Shown one piece after another: positions 18,225-28,285 of a DNA stretch of 64,000 nt. Under the pieces are notes generated by a model that was not told the DNA's origin, did no database searches, and worked only from the letters and a program-made list of their open reading frames with translations. Each line of letters starts with the position of its first letter. Positions within the stretch are counted from its first letter, which is position 1. This DNA comes from Vicinamibacteria bacterium. Lineage in GTDB: Bacteria > Acidobacteriota > Vicinamibacteria > Marinacidobacterales > Marinacidobacteraceae. Position numbers and translations under genes: made by a program. The stretch spans positions 1,440,001 to 1,504,000 of the forward strand of contig OY729431.1 in the NCBI GenBank assembly GCA_963422395.1, in the 5' to 3' direction.

Positions 18225-19244
18225 TTGCTGAAGTCCTTGCGCCGGTTTCTCGCCGCTGGCGCGCTCGCCGGCCGGCCTGTCTTGCTGCCGGCTTCGCTGG
18301 CGACCCTTCTGATCGCCGCCGCCGGGTGCGGGGGGGGCGGAGCGGACGAGGCGCCGTCCTTCGTGAGCCTCGGGACTGCGCCTCCCGGCGGAGCCTTCTT
18401 CGTGGTCGGAGGCGCACTGGCCGAAGTGCTGGGCGAAGCGGAGATGCGGGTCACCGCCGAGGCGACCAAGGGCTCCGGAGAGAACATCCGCCGGCTCGCT
18501 TCCGGCGAATTGGACCTCGCACTCTCGAACGCCGCGGTGACCTATTTCGCTTCCCGCGGCGAAGACGGCTGGGGCCGCGAGTATCCGGTCGAGGCGGTGA
18601 TGACCCTCGCGCCGAATGTGGCGACCTTCGTCTCCCCCCGGCGGCACGAAGTGAACCGCATCCAGGATCTCGCCGGGGAACGGGTCGTCGTGGGCGTCGC
18701 CGGGGCCGGATTCGAGCACTTCATCCGTCCCATCGTCGAGGCGCACGGAATCACCTACCAGGACTTCGTGCCCCTCTACAACACTCAGGCGGGTGCGGTG
18801 GACATGCTCACCGACGATTCGGCGGTGGCGGCGTTCCTCGGGGGAGCGATCCCCACCGCTTCTATCGTGCAGGCGACCGCGGGAATGGACACTCGGCTCG
18901 TGCCGCTCGATCCCGAAGTGCGGATGTCACTCCCCGAGCGGTACCCCTTCTACCGCGAAGCGGTGATTCCGGCGGAGACCTATCGCGGGCAGGACGAGGA
19001 CTACCTGGGGCTCGATGTGGGCTCGATGCACCTCATCACCCGCACCGATGCGGACCCCGAGATCATCTACCGGGTGACCCGGACGCTTTGGGAACAGCGA
19101 GCCTCGGTGGTGGAGAAACATCCCGCCGGCCGGGCCATCAACGAGAAGAACGCCGCCCGCGATACCGGCGTCCGCTTCCACCCCGGGGCGGTCCGCTTCT
19201 ACCGGGAAGCCGGCATCTGGCCCGAACCCGCGACCGGGCGCTGA
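18225..19244 (+). CDS. TAXI-family TRAP transporter solute-binding lipoprotein
   Basis: GTAPPGGAF, TKGSGENI, TYRGQ, FHPGA.RFY; lipobox AAGC. Confidence 0.92.
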   Translation: MLKSLRRFLAAGALAGRPVLLPASLATLLIAAAGCGGGGADEAPSFVSLGTAPPGGAFFVVGGALAEVLGEAEMRVTAEATKGSGENIRRLASGELDLALSNAAVTYFASRGEDGWGREYPVEAVMTLAPNVATFVSPRRHEVNRIQDLAGERVVVGVAGAGFEHFIRPIVEAHGITYQDFVPLYNTQAGAVDMLTDDSAVAAFLGGAIPTASIVQATAGMDTRLVPLDPEVRMSLPERYPFYREAVIPAETYRGQDEDYLGLDVGSMHLITRTDADPEIIYRVTRTLWEQRASVVEKHPAGRAINEKNAARDTGVRFHPGAVRFYREAGIWPEPATGR

Positions 19245-19257
19245 TCGTCCCGTCGCG

Positions 19258-21183
19258 GTGAGCGAGTCGGGAGCGGAGCCGCTCGCCGGCCCGCGCGGCT
19301 TCGCGATCCGATTCCTCACGCTGGCGCTGACCGGCTTCGTGCTGGTCGAAGTGAACCGGCCGGTACTTTCGCCTTCGGCACAGCTGGCGGCGTTCGCGCT
19401 CCTCGGACTGCCGCTCTCGTTCCTTCTTCGCGCGAGGGCCGATGATCGCTGGTGGCGGCGGGGTCTCGATGCCCTCGGTCTGGCGGCTTCGATAGCCGGC
19501 TGCGGCTTCGTCCTCTACTGGAGCGGCTTCGCCGGTACGACCCTCGGCGACCGCGCCGGCGGGGAGACGGCGCTCGACATCGCGATAGGGCTCCTCGGCC
19601 TCGTCGGAGTGCTCGCCGCTGCGTGGCGGGGGATCGGACCGGCACTCCCGCTGCTCACCGGGGTCTTCCTGCTCTATGCCGTTTTCGGCTCCCATCTTCC
19701 CGAGTTCCTGTTCCCTCACCGCGGGTATTCGCTCAGCCGGATCGCTTCGCAGGGCTTCTTGCAGAGCCAGGGGGTCTTCGGTATCGCGCTGAAGGTGATG
19801 TTCTCCTATGTGTTCCTGTTCGTGGTCTTCGGCGCTGCGCTGCAGCAGACGGGCGCCATCGGCTTCATCACTGCGGCGGCGCGGCGGGTGTTCCACGCCA
19901 CCGTGGGTGGTGCCGCCAAGGTCTGCGTGGTGGCGAACGCGATGATGGGTTCGCTCTCCGGGAGCGCGATCGCCGATGCCGCCACGACCGGGACGGTGAC
20001 CATTCCGCTCATGCGGAGTACTGGGTTTTCCGCCCGCTTCGCCGCCGGAATCACCGCCGCGGCGAGCTCCGGGGCGGCGCTCGTGCCGCCGGTGATGGGC
20101 GCCGGTGCCTACATGATGCTCGAGCTGGTGGATCCGCCGGTCCGCTATATCGAGATCGTGCGGGCGGCCATCCTGCCGGCGCTCCTCTACTACGCCGCGC
20201 TGCTCTCGATGGTCCATCTCGAAGCCCGCCGCCAGGCGGCCTGCGGTGAGCGGAAGCCGCCGCCCGTCGAACACCGCGGCGCGGTGCCGATCCAGGCCGG
20301 AATCGTCTTCGGGGTCGGACTCGTGTCCCTGGTCATCGCGCTGCTCGCCGGGCGCACCGTATTCCGCGCGGTCAGCATCGCGCTGGTCCTGGTGATCGCC
20401 GCCTCGCTCTGGCATCCCGCCACCCGCCCGAGCCCCGGGAAACTCTGGAACGCGCTCGGCCGGATCGCCGAGGGCGCGGCGCCGCTCATTGCCGCCGCCA
20501 GCTCGGTCGGGGTCATCCTCGGAATGGTGACCCTCACCGGGCTCGGTACCCGTTTTCCGGCGGCGGTGCTCTCGGTCGCCGGGGAGGGCCTGCTTCCCGC
20601 CCTCCTCCTCCTCATGGTCGGCTCGGTCGTGCTGGGCATGGGCCTTCCCTCCGCCGTCTGTTACCTCCTGATGGCGATCCTGATCGGCCCGGTCATCGGC
20701 CAGCTGGGAGTTCCCCCGCTCGCAGTCCACTTCTTCATCTTCTACTTCGGGATGATGTCCATGGTGACCCCGCCGGTGGCACTCGCTGCCTACACGACTG
20801 CGGGCATCGCCGGAACTCCCATCCTCCCCGCCGCCTTCACCGCCTTCCGTTTCGCGCTGGCGGGTTTCGCTCTGCCCTATTTCTTCGTCTTCCGACCGGA
20901 ATTGCTGCTCATCCTCGACGGCGGCCGGGGAGTTCCGGGAGCCGCCGCCGCCTTCCTCCTCGGACTCCTGGTGGTGTTCCTCCTCTCCGCCGGGATCACG
21001 GGATGGCTCTTCGGCGCCTTGCGTCGAGAGCTGCGGGCCGTGGCGCTGGCTTCCGCCGTCCTGCTGCTCTGGCCCCCGGAGCCCGGAGCACTCGTTTCGC
21101 CTCCGAACCTGGCCGGCTTGGCCGCGTTCGCCGTTTTCCTCATCCTGGCGCGGAGAAGAGGCCTCCGCAGCGTTCGGGAATGA
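19258..21183 (+). CDS. TRAP transporter fused 4TM/12TM permease
   Basis: GGAAK, TTGTVTIPLM, PPVMGAGAY, LGMGLP, TPPVALAAY. Confidence 0.93.
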   Translation: MSESGAEPLAGPRGFAIRFLTLALTGFVLVEVNRPVLSPSAQLAAFALLGLPLSFLLRARADDRWWRRGLDALGLAASIAGCGFVLYWSGFAGTTLGDRAGGETALDIAIGLLGLVGVLAAAWRGIGPALPLLTGVFLLYAVFGSHLPEFLFPHRGYSLSRIASQGFLQSQGVFGIALKVMFSYVFLFVVFGAALQQTGAIGFITAAARRVFHATVGGAAKVCVVANAMMGSLSGSAIADAATTGTVTIPLMRSTGFSARFAAGITAAASSGAALVPPVMGAGAYMMLELVDPPVRYIEIVRAAILPALLYYAALLSMVHLEARRQAACGERKPPPVEHRGAVPIQAGIVFGVGLVSLVIALLAGRTVFRAVSIALVLVIAASLWHPATRPSPGKLWNALGRIAEGAAPLIAAASSVGVILGMVTLTGLGTRFPAAVLSVAGEGLLPALLLLMVGSVVLGMGLPSAVCYLLMAILIGPVIGQLGVPPLAVHFFIFYFGMMSMVTPPVALAAYTTAGIAGTPILPAAFTAFRFALAGFALPYFFVFRPELLLILDGGRGVPGAAAAFLLGLLVVFLLSAGITGWLFGALRRELRAVALASAVLLLWPPEPGALVSPPNLAGLAAFAVFLILARRRGLRSVRE

Positions 21184-21316
21184 TGCTTCCGGCTTCCGGA
21201 TGCGGGGTCACACCGTTGCAGGGCTCCCCCGCCTACCGAGAACGAGGGTCCGACGACATCTCCACTCCCTCCCGCCCGTGACGGGAGAAGATCGGGCAGA
21301 CCTGCACGCGGCTCAT

Positions 21317-21776
<460 letters not shown>

Positions 21777-21869
21777 GCGAGTCCTCCTTCTAGGAAAGCT
21801 CCACATTGTAACTTTCAGCATTCGGCCTTTTCCAGCAGCGCCTCGTCCCGAGTCGGAAGCGGTGGTGCG

Positions 21870-22092
21870 TCAGCCCCCGATACAGTAGAGCGCTTCGGCG
21901 GTGCGGAGGAAGATCTGCCCGTCGGACATCGCCATCGAGCTGAGCGTGTAGGCGCCCATGTCGTTCGTGGCCAGGATCTCGAACCCGTCCGCAACCTCGA
22001 CCACGGACGCCAGCCCGTCCTCGTTGATCACATAGAGACGGCCTTCGGCGAGGACGGGCGAGGCGCTGTAGGTCCCCGGCGGCAGGCGTTCC
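21870..22092 (-). pseudogene. Duplicated 3' fragment of the beta-propeller gene 22732..24123
   Basis: Encodes the same terminal [12 protein letters not shown]...LYCIGG but lacks the rest of the gene. Confidence 0.88.
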
Positions 22093-22154
22093 TGATCGGC
22101 CCGGTCATCGGCCAGCTGGGAGTTCCCCCGCTCGCAGTCCACTTCTTCATCTCC

Positions 22155-22173
22155 CTCCCGTCCGTGACGGGAG
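22155..22173. terminator. Hairpin downstream of precursor copy B (variant copy at 21269-21287)
   Basis: CTCCCGT-CCGTG-ACGGGAG 7-bp stem conserved after both copies. Confidence 0.45.
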
Positions 22174-22209
22174 AAGATCGGGCAGACCTGCACGCGACCC
22201 ATCTACTCA

Positions 22210-22632
22210 TTACTTACACCTAAATATGAGACCACCCATTTCAAGGCGCTGCCCTTCCAAACCGCCGCTGATTTCAACTCTACCGCCTTTACAACTCACG
22301 GTATCGCCTTGGCTTATATTAAATGTTGAAAGACCGTAGGTGTCCACTTGGCTCTGAGTGATCCGGCAAGAATTGCCGTCGGAGACGGCTATCGCGCCAT
22401 TCTGAACCACACAGTCCGCTACAGAAACCGATGAGACCTGCGCTTGGGCACGGTTCGGCGACATCATGGCATGTACGGCCACCGGCGTCACCATGGCGAG
22501 CGAGCCGTAACGCCCGATGAAATCACGCCGTCCAGCTACCGGAGGCGCAACGGCAGCATCACGGGTGGCTTTCCCGGAGGGGCCATCCGGAACAACTACA
22601 TCACTTTTTCGGGGGGGGGGGGGGGGGAGCAT
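22210..22632 (-). CDS. Small secreted precursor-like protein, copy B (in frame through a C17 tract)
   Basis: AGGAGG then ATG at 22632; MLPPPPPRKS...RRDFIGRYGSLAMVTPVAVHAMMSPNRAQAQ leader and a four-Cys Ser/Thr/Gly-rich core. Confidence 0.8.
   Translation of the reverse strand: MLPPPPPRKSDVVVPDGPSGKATRDAAVAPPVAGRRDFIGRYGSLAMVTPVAVHAMMSPNRAQAQVSSVSVADCVVQNGAIAVSDGNSCRITQSQVDTYGLSTFNISQGDTVSCKGGRVEISGGLEGQRLEMGGLIFRCK
22611..22627. repeat. G17 homopolymer (poly-C on the coding strand)
   Basis: Directly visible, 2 nt after the start codon. Confidence 0.9.
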
Positions 22633-22665
22633 GCGATTTTTCCTCCTAGGAAAGCTCATACCATC

Positions 22666-22671
22666 ATTGTA
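22666..22671 (-). promoter_or_regulatory. Candidate -10 box TACAAT upstream of copy B (also 21805-21810 for copy A)
   Basis: GAATGCTGAAAGTTACAATG is conserved upstream of both copies; -35 element weak. Confidence 0.4.
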
Positions 22672-22731
22672 ACTTTCAGCATTCGGCCTTTTCCAGCAGG
22701 CGCCTCATCCCGAGTCGGAAGCGGTGGTGTG

Positions 22732-24123
22732 TCAGCCCCCGATGCAGTAGAGCGCTTCGGCGGTGCGGAGGAAGATCTGCCCGTCGGACATCGCCATCGA
22801 GCTGAGCGTGTAGGCGCCCATGTCGTTCGTGGCGAGGATCTCGAACCCGTCCGCAACCTCGACCACGGACGCCAGCCCGTCCTCGTTGATCACATAGAGA
22901 CGGCCTTCGGCGAGGACGGGCGAGGCGCTGTAGGTCCCCGGCGGCAGGCGTTCCGGTCCGAATCGGACTTCGCCGGTCCGAGCGTCGAGCGCGTAGAGGA
23001 CGCCGCCGTCGGTGACGACGAAGAAACGCTCGCCGTCGGTCACCGGAGTCGGCACATCCGGCCCGCGGTCGAAGGACCAGATCCGGTGGGATTCGGTGAT
23101 GTCCCCCTCCCCGCCGGTGCGGAGCGCGAGCAGCGGCTTCACTCGGGTGGGTGCGTAGATGATCCCGTCCTTCACGATCGGCGAGGCCACGATTCGGTAG
23201 GAGGTGCTGTTTTCGGGGTTCAGGCCGTCCGCGCGCCAACGCTCCCGACCGGTCTCGGGGTCGTGTCCGGTGACCACATCGCCCCCGGTGACCACCAGCT
23301 CGAAGCGCCCTTCGACCTCGTGCATGAACGGGGTGGTGTAGGAGTCGGGGGATTCGCGGACCGCATCCGTCGGGCGCTCGACCCGCCAGACCGTCTCTCC
23401 GGTCGCCGGATCGATTCGCAGCAGATAGGACGGATCGTCGGTCTTCATGCCATGGAGCACCTGCACGAAGAGCGCGTCCCCGAAGAGCAGCGGGCTGCTC
23501 GCGTAGCCCCAGTTCAAGCCGAATGCGCCGTAGTCGGCCGGAATGTCGCGGGACCAGATTTCGCCGCCCTCGAAGTCGAACGCCTTGAGGATCCCGGTGC
23601 CGGTCAGGACGAAGACCTGCTCCCCGTCGGTGACCGGCGACGGAGAGGACATGTTCTGCTTTCTCCCCCGCTGATCCCGTTCGCTCAGATGCCGGGTCCA
23701 GCGAACCGAACCGTCGGCCCGGTCGAGGGCCCAGAGCTCGATATGGCCGGAATAGGCGACATTGCCGCGCCCGGAGACGGCCCCGCCGCCCCGCCGCCTT
23801 CGACCGTAGCCTTCGGAAGGATTCGACGGAATGCCCGCTCCCTCGCCCGGGATCGAGACATTCAGGAACACCGTGTCGCCGGAGACGATCGGCGTCGCTC
23901 CGCTCCAGGCGGGCAGCGGGGTCTTCCAGGCCACTCCGTTCACGGTGTCCCATTCCACCGGGAGGCCGACTTCGGCGCTCACCCCGTCGCGGGTGGGCCC
24001 GCGCCAGTGGGGCCAGTCGGAAGCGGCGGCCAGACCAGAGAGCCCGGGCGCAACCGCGAGAAGCAACAGAGCAGGCAGGGGATACGAAAGACGCACGGCA
24101 GACCTCCTGGAAGTCCCCGTCAT
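22732..24123 (-). CDS. PQQ-binding-like beta-propeller protein
   Basis: Signal peptide, DWPHWRGP, repeated SP..DG / G...W blades, YSASP; alternative GTG start at 24096. Confidence 0.9.
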   Translation of the reverse strand: MTGTSRRSAVRLSYPLPALLLLAVAPGLSGLAAASDWPHWRGPTRDGVSAEVGLPVEWDTVNGVAWKTPLPAWSGATPIVSGDTVFLNVSIPGEGAGIPSNPSEGYGRRRRGGGAVSGRGNVAYSGHIELWALDRADGSVRWTRHLSERDQRGRKQNMSSPSPVTDGEQVFVLTGTGILKAFDFEGGEIWSRDIPADYGAFGLNWGYASSPLLFGDALFVQVLHGMKTDDPSYLLRIDPATGETVWRVERPTDAVRESPDSYTTPFMHEVEGRFELVVTGGDVVTGHDPETGRERWRADGLNPENSTSYRIVASPIVKDGIIYAPTRVKPLLALRTGGEGDITESHRIWSFDRGPDVPTPVTDGERFFVVTDGGVLYALDARTGEVRFGPERLPPGTYSASPVLAEGRLYVINEDGLASVVEVADGFEILATNDMGAYTLSSMAMSDGQIFLRTAEALYCIGG

Positions 24124-26285
24124 TCTAAGGACCCCAGACCGAACAGCCGGTCGATGGCGCGCAAGACCAGGATTCCGGCGCTGGCCGCCGGGGTGGCCAT
24201 CACGATCCGGTCGATGCTGTTCTTCGCCAGCAACTCGTACTCCGGGCCGGCGCGGATCACGAAGGTGTCCCCTTCCTCCGAAGTGAAGTAGAGCCGCCCG
24301 TCGGCGGCGATCGGGGAGGCGGCGTAGGATCCGCCCACTCCGCCGATCCGCGCCCGGTAGAGCCGGTCGCCGGTTTCCCCGTCGTAGGCGGCGAGGCGCC
24401 CGTTGTTGGCGTTCAGGTAGAGGATGCCCTGGTAGAACAGCGGCGAGGGGATGTACACCCCGCCGCGGCGGCGGCTCCAGGCCACCGCTTCGCTCGATTC
24501 CTCCCCTTTCGGAAGGGTGAGGTCTCCGATGCTCCCCGGGCGGACCGCGTAGATCGGACGGATCGGCGGGTAGCCGGCCTGCACGAACAGGAGTCCGTCG
24601 CCGAGCAGCGGGACGCCGATGGGAATCTCCGAGTTGGGTCCGAGCCGCCAACGCTCCGCACCGGTCGCGGCGTCGTAGCCGCGGATCGTGGTGCCGTTCA
24701 CCACGATCTCCGGGGCGCCGGCGGTCTCGTGGACCAACGGGGTGGAGAAGGTGGAGACCTCGTCGCGGGAGGTACGCCAGCGGGGCTCGCCGGTCTCGAT
24801 GTCGAAGGCGCCGAGGAAGGCCCCGCCGTGGACATCGGCGAGCACGATCACCGCTCCGGCGTGGACCACCGGCGACGAGGCGTGCCCCCACTGGTAATCG
24901 GGGTCGTAGAACCAGCCGCTGTTCAAGACCCCGACCTCGCGTTCCCACAGCAGATTCCCGTCGAGGTCATGGCACAGCAGCTTCCCCACGCTGCCGAGCA
25001 GGGTCACGATCCGCTCGCCGTCGGTCGCCGGAGTGGCGTTCGCCTGGCTCGACTTCGAATGGCGCTTAGTCTCGGGCACTCCCCGGTGGAGTTCCGTCTC
25101 CCAGACCGGTTCGCCGGTGCCGAGGTCGAAGGCCCGGAGGGCGAACCGGTGCTCGCTCTCGTTTTCGACCGGGGCTACATCCCCGTAGAGTCCGATCCGG
25201 AATTCCGAGTCGTCGGTGAGGCTCGCCGCGACCACCGCGAACACCCGGTCGCCCCAGACGACGGGGCTCGATACCCCGAGCCCGGCGAGCGGGACTTCCC
25301 AGGCGACGCCTTCTCCGCCTTCGGCGTTCCAGCGAAGTGGAACCCCCTGTTCGTCTGCGACTCCCGATCCTCCCGGCCCGCGGAACTGGGGCCAGGGACG
25401 CGCTCGGACCGGAACCTCGGCCTTGGAGTCGAGATCGGCACCCGGTGCCGTCTCGGCGGTCTCCCGAGCCGCCGCCCGGCTCTCCGACGCACCCTCGGGC
25501 TCGAAGGCTGCCGCCTCGCGGCCCCGCTCGACCACCAGCCGCTCCACCATCCCGCCGCGGCCAGGGAAGGCGTAGCGGATCCCGCTGGGTCCCTCGAAGG
25601 AGCGTTCGCCGATCGCCTCGAGCGATGAGGCCGGGCCCAGGAAGCGTTCCGGATCGCGGCGGAAGGCGCGGGCCCGGAGCCCGCCGCCGGCGAGCTCCAC
25701 GAGGACGCCCTCTTCGCGGGTCTCGTTCCAGTAGCGGCCGGCGAGCGGCACGAGCGCCTCTGCGGGCAGTTCCCGAACGCTCGGCGGCGGCGCCTCTACG
25801 CCATCGAGCGCGGCGGCGATCTCGTCGGAAGCCGCCGCCTGCCGCGCGGCGGCGAGCGCATCCCGGTCGAAGGCGGCGTTTTCGATCGCCGCGGCGAGGA
25901 GCTCCCGGTCGCCCTGACGCGCCGCCCGCACCAGCACCGCTCCGGCGCCCGGTGCACCCCGCCCGAGCAGGAACCGCACGACCTCCCGGTGTCCCCCGTC
26001 GGCAGCGCGGCCGAGCGGAGTCATTCCGTAGAAGCGGTCGGCGGTGCCGAGCGCGGCACCGGCTTCGACGAGCGTCTGCACCACTTCCAGATGGCCCCGG
26101 TCGGCGGCGAAGGAGAGCGCCGTCCGGCCGTAGCGGTCCCCGGTATCCACCGGGACTCCGGAGGCGAGGAGCTCTTCGACCCGCGCGATGTCGCCTTCGC
26201 GGGCCGCGTCTCGCAGCGCGGCGCCCGGGTTCGCCTGCGCGGCCGGGGCCAGCGCGAGCAACAGCGCGGCGAGGAGTGGACTCAT
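24120..26285 (-). CDS. Ankyrin-repeat plus PQQ-like beta-propeller protein
   Basis: Signal peptide, DRYGRTAL..AA..GH and GMTPL..AA..GH ankyrin repeats, then WPQFRGP propeller. Confidence 0.88.
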   Translation of the reverse strand: MSPLLAALLLALAPAAQANPGAALRDAAREGDIARVEELLASGVPVDTGDRYGRTALSFAADRGHLEVVQTLVEAGAALGTADRFYGMTPLGRAADGGHREVVRFLLGRGAPGAGAVLVRAARQGDRELLAAAIENAAFDRDALAAARQAAASDEIAAALDGVEAPPPSVRELPAEALVPLAGRYWNETREEGVLVELAGGGLRARAFRRDPERFLGPASSLEAIGERSFEGPSGIRYAFPGRGGMVERLVVERGREAAAFEPEGASESRAAARETAETAPGADLDSKAEVPVRARPWPQFRGPGGSGVADEQGVPLRWNAEGGEGVAWEVPLAGLGVSSPVVWGDRVFAVVAASLTDDSEFRIGLYGDVAPVENESEHRFALRAFDLGTGEPVWETELHRGVPETKRHSKSSQANATPATDGERIVTLLGSVGKLLCHDLDGNLLWEREVGVLNSGWFYDPDYQWGHASSPVVHAGAVIVLADVHGGAFLGAFDIETGEPRWRTSRDEVSTFSTPLVHETAGAPEIVVNGTTIRGYDAATGAERWRLGPNSEIPIGVPLLGDGLLFVQAGYPPIRPIYAVRPGSIGDLTLPKGEESSEAVAWSRRRGGVYIPSPLFYQGILYLNANNGRLAAYDGETGDRLYRARIGGVGGSYAASPIAADGRLYFTSEEGDTFVIRAGPEYELLAKNSIDRIVMATPAASAGILVLRAIDRLFGLGSLE

Positions 26286-26441
26286 TCCAGGTTTTCGGCG
26301 TTCAGCAGCAGGTTTTCGTTTTCGGTGAACCAACCGTCCCTCCCGGGGAAACACTCGGGATGGACCGGGCCTGCCCCCCCCCTCGCCACCCGGAGGAAGT
26401 CCGGCTCCACGCCACAGCATCGGCAGTCCATTCTCGGGCGA

Positions 26442-28235
26442 TTATGCCCGGAGGCCCACAGCCTTTGGCATGGCGGCCGTTTCCTCACCCTCTTCTCCGG
26501 TCATCGATTTTTCCGGCGGGGTAGCCGCATCCGCGAGGAGGTCCAGCTTCTCCCGGATCTCGGGGTCGAGGTCCGCGTCCGGGATGTGGGCCGCGAGCTC
26601 GTGGAAGCGCTTCTTCGGCATCCGGTTCGGCTCGCCGAGCAGGGCGAAGTACTCGTGGAACACCGGCTCGAGCCAGTCGTCGCTGGCCTTCGCGTCGGAG
26701 GAAGCGGGATCGAGACCGGGCCGGAGTATCCGAGCCGCGCTGCGGACCCGCCGGATCGCCTCCACCATGGCCCGGCGCCGGCGCTCGCCGCCCCCTTGAG
26801 CGAAGAGGTTCGGTGGACCGCCGCCCTTCGGCTTTCCGGCATCGGCCCAGGCGAGGAGCGTTCCTTCCGAGCAAAGGTAGTTCTCGATCTCCCGGCGCTT
26901 CCAGGTCCAGGCCGCCATATCGCCCATCTCCGGAAGTTCTTGCGGGAGCCGGTCGAAGAGCGCGCCGGCACGGAGCTGCGGCAGCGCTTCCCGGAGCCCG
27001 TGGAAGTGGTGGAGGGCTTTCGTGGGTTGGTTGCCGACCGGCTGGACGAAGGCGGCTTCGAGCGCCGCGGCGGCCTCTGGGTGGCCGACTCGCTCGGCAA
27101 GCGCCCGCAGCACCGCCTGGTCGGTCGTTCCTTCCACATACAGCACGAAGCCGGTCTTTCTCGCCGTTTCGTAGTCCGAATAACCGATGTCCCGAAGCGC
27201 CTTGAGAAGCTGGCTGCCCTGGTCCGCGATCCGGTGCGGGCGCCCGACGAAAGCCACGATGGTGTCGCGCCCGGCGGCCTCCCCGAGCAGCACCTCGGAA
27301 TGGGTCGCCGCGATGATCTGGCTGCCGCTCTCGTCTGCGGTGCGGACCAGCAAGTCGTACAGCCGGCGCTGGCGAAGGATCTCGAGATGGGCGTCCGGCT
27401 CGTCGAGGACCAGGACCGAGCCCTTGTTGAGGGCCAGATGGGCCAGCAGCAGAGTCGTCTGCTGCAGCCCTCTTCCCGAAGCGGTGATGTCGAACCGGAC
27501 TCCCCGCTCTTCATAGGACATGGAGATCTCACCGCGCTCGGCGAGGTGCCGGGGCGAGTCCAGCCGCGCTCCGAAGGATTGCTCGATTCGGGAAACCAGC
27601 CGCCGCCATTCCTCTGGCTGCTCCTCGCTGATGCGGAAACAGAGGTTCCGCAGGACTTCCGCGGTGCGCCCCTCCCCGAGGCGGACCGAAACGCCGCCGG
27701 GTTCGAGCCGCAGTTCGTTCGCCGCGAGTCCGGACATCGGGGGCAGGTAGGCGACCCGAATCGAGCCGGCCGGGTCCGGGACCGGCATGCGTTCCGCGCC
27801 GTCGGGTTTCCGGCGAAGCGGCCGGCAGTAGAGGGATTCTTCGTTCGCATAGTCGAACTCCAGCCCGGCGGTCCAGCAGGCTCCCTCGGATTCGCCCTCC
27901 ACGACGACCTCGATCCGGATGTTGTCGGTTCGTTGACGGCCGTCCTCCCGCCGGACATTCCGCACCCGGAGGTTTCGCCAGAGCTGTTTGGCGTTTTGTG
28001 TCGGAACCGCCAGCAGGTCACGCCGGTTCACGGTCACGCCGGGGCGTTCGGCAGGTGTTTCGGTCCCGTAACGCTTCTCGTTCCAGCGGCGGATCCCGAG
28101 ATCCCAGAGCGCGAGCGCCTGGAGCGCGGTGGTCTTGCCCGAGTTGTTCGGGCCGACGAAGAGGACCGGGCTGTCGAGATCGATCGAGACTTCACCGAAC
28201 CGCTTGAAATTACGGACGGTCAGCCGGGTCAGCAC
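26442..28235 (-). CDS. OLD-like ATP-dependent nuclease (ABC/SMC-type ATPase plus TOPRIM-like domain)
   Basis: VRNFKRF, GPNNSGKT, SGRG, VLDEPDAHL, ATHS, then YVEGTTD and REIENY. Confidence 0.8.
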   Translation of the reverse strand: MLTRLTVRNFKRFGEVSIDLDSPVLFVGPNNSGKTTALQALALWDLGIRRWNEKRYGTETPAERPGVTVNRRDLLAVPTQNAKQLWRNLRVRNVRREDGRQRTDNIRIEVVVEGESEGACWTAGLEFDYANEESLYCRPLRRKPDGAERMPVPDPAGSIRVAYLPPMSGLAANELRLEPGGVSVRLGEGRTAEVLRNLCFRISEEQPEEWRRLVSRIEQSFGARLDSPRHLAERGEISMSYEERGVRFDITASGRGLQQTTLLLAHLALNKGSVLVLDEPDAHLEILRQRRLYDLLVRTADESGSQIIAATHSEVLLGEAAGRDTIVAFVGRPHRIADQGSQLLKALRDIGYSDYETARKTGFVLYVEGTTDQAVLRALAERVGHPEAAAALEAAFVQPVGNQPTKALHHFHGLREALPQLRAGALFDRLPQELPEMGDMAAWTWKRREIENYLCSEGTLLAWADAGKPKGGGPPNLFAQGGGERRRRAMVEAIRRVRSAARILRPGLDPASSDAKASDDWLEPVFHEYFALLGEPNRMPKKRFHELAAHIPDADLDPEIREKLDLLADAATPPEKSMTGEEGEETAAMPKAVGLRA

Positions 28236-28285
28236 TCAGTATCGGGACTTGAAGCGAGACTCGGAGTGGGTGCTCGGTATCGGAA

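Noticed and set aside
21870-22202. 110-aa ORF as an independent gene
   Set aside because: Chimera created by the duplication junction: antisense TRAP fragment fused to the propeller 3' end.
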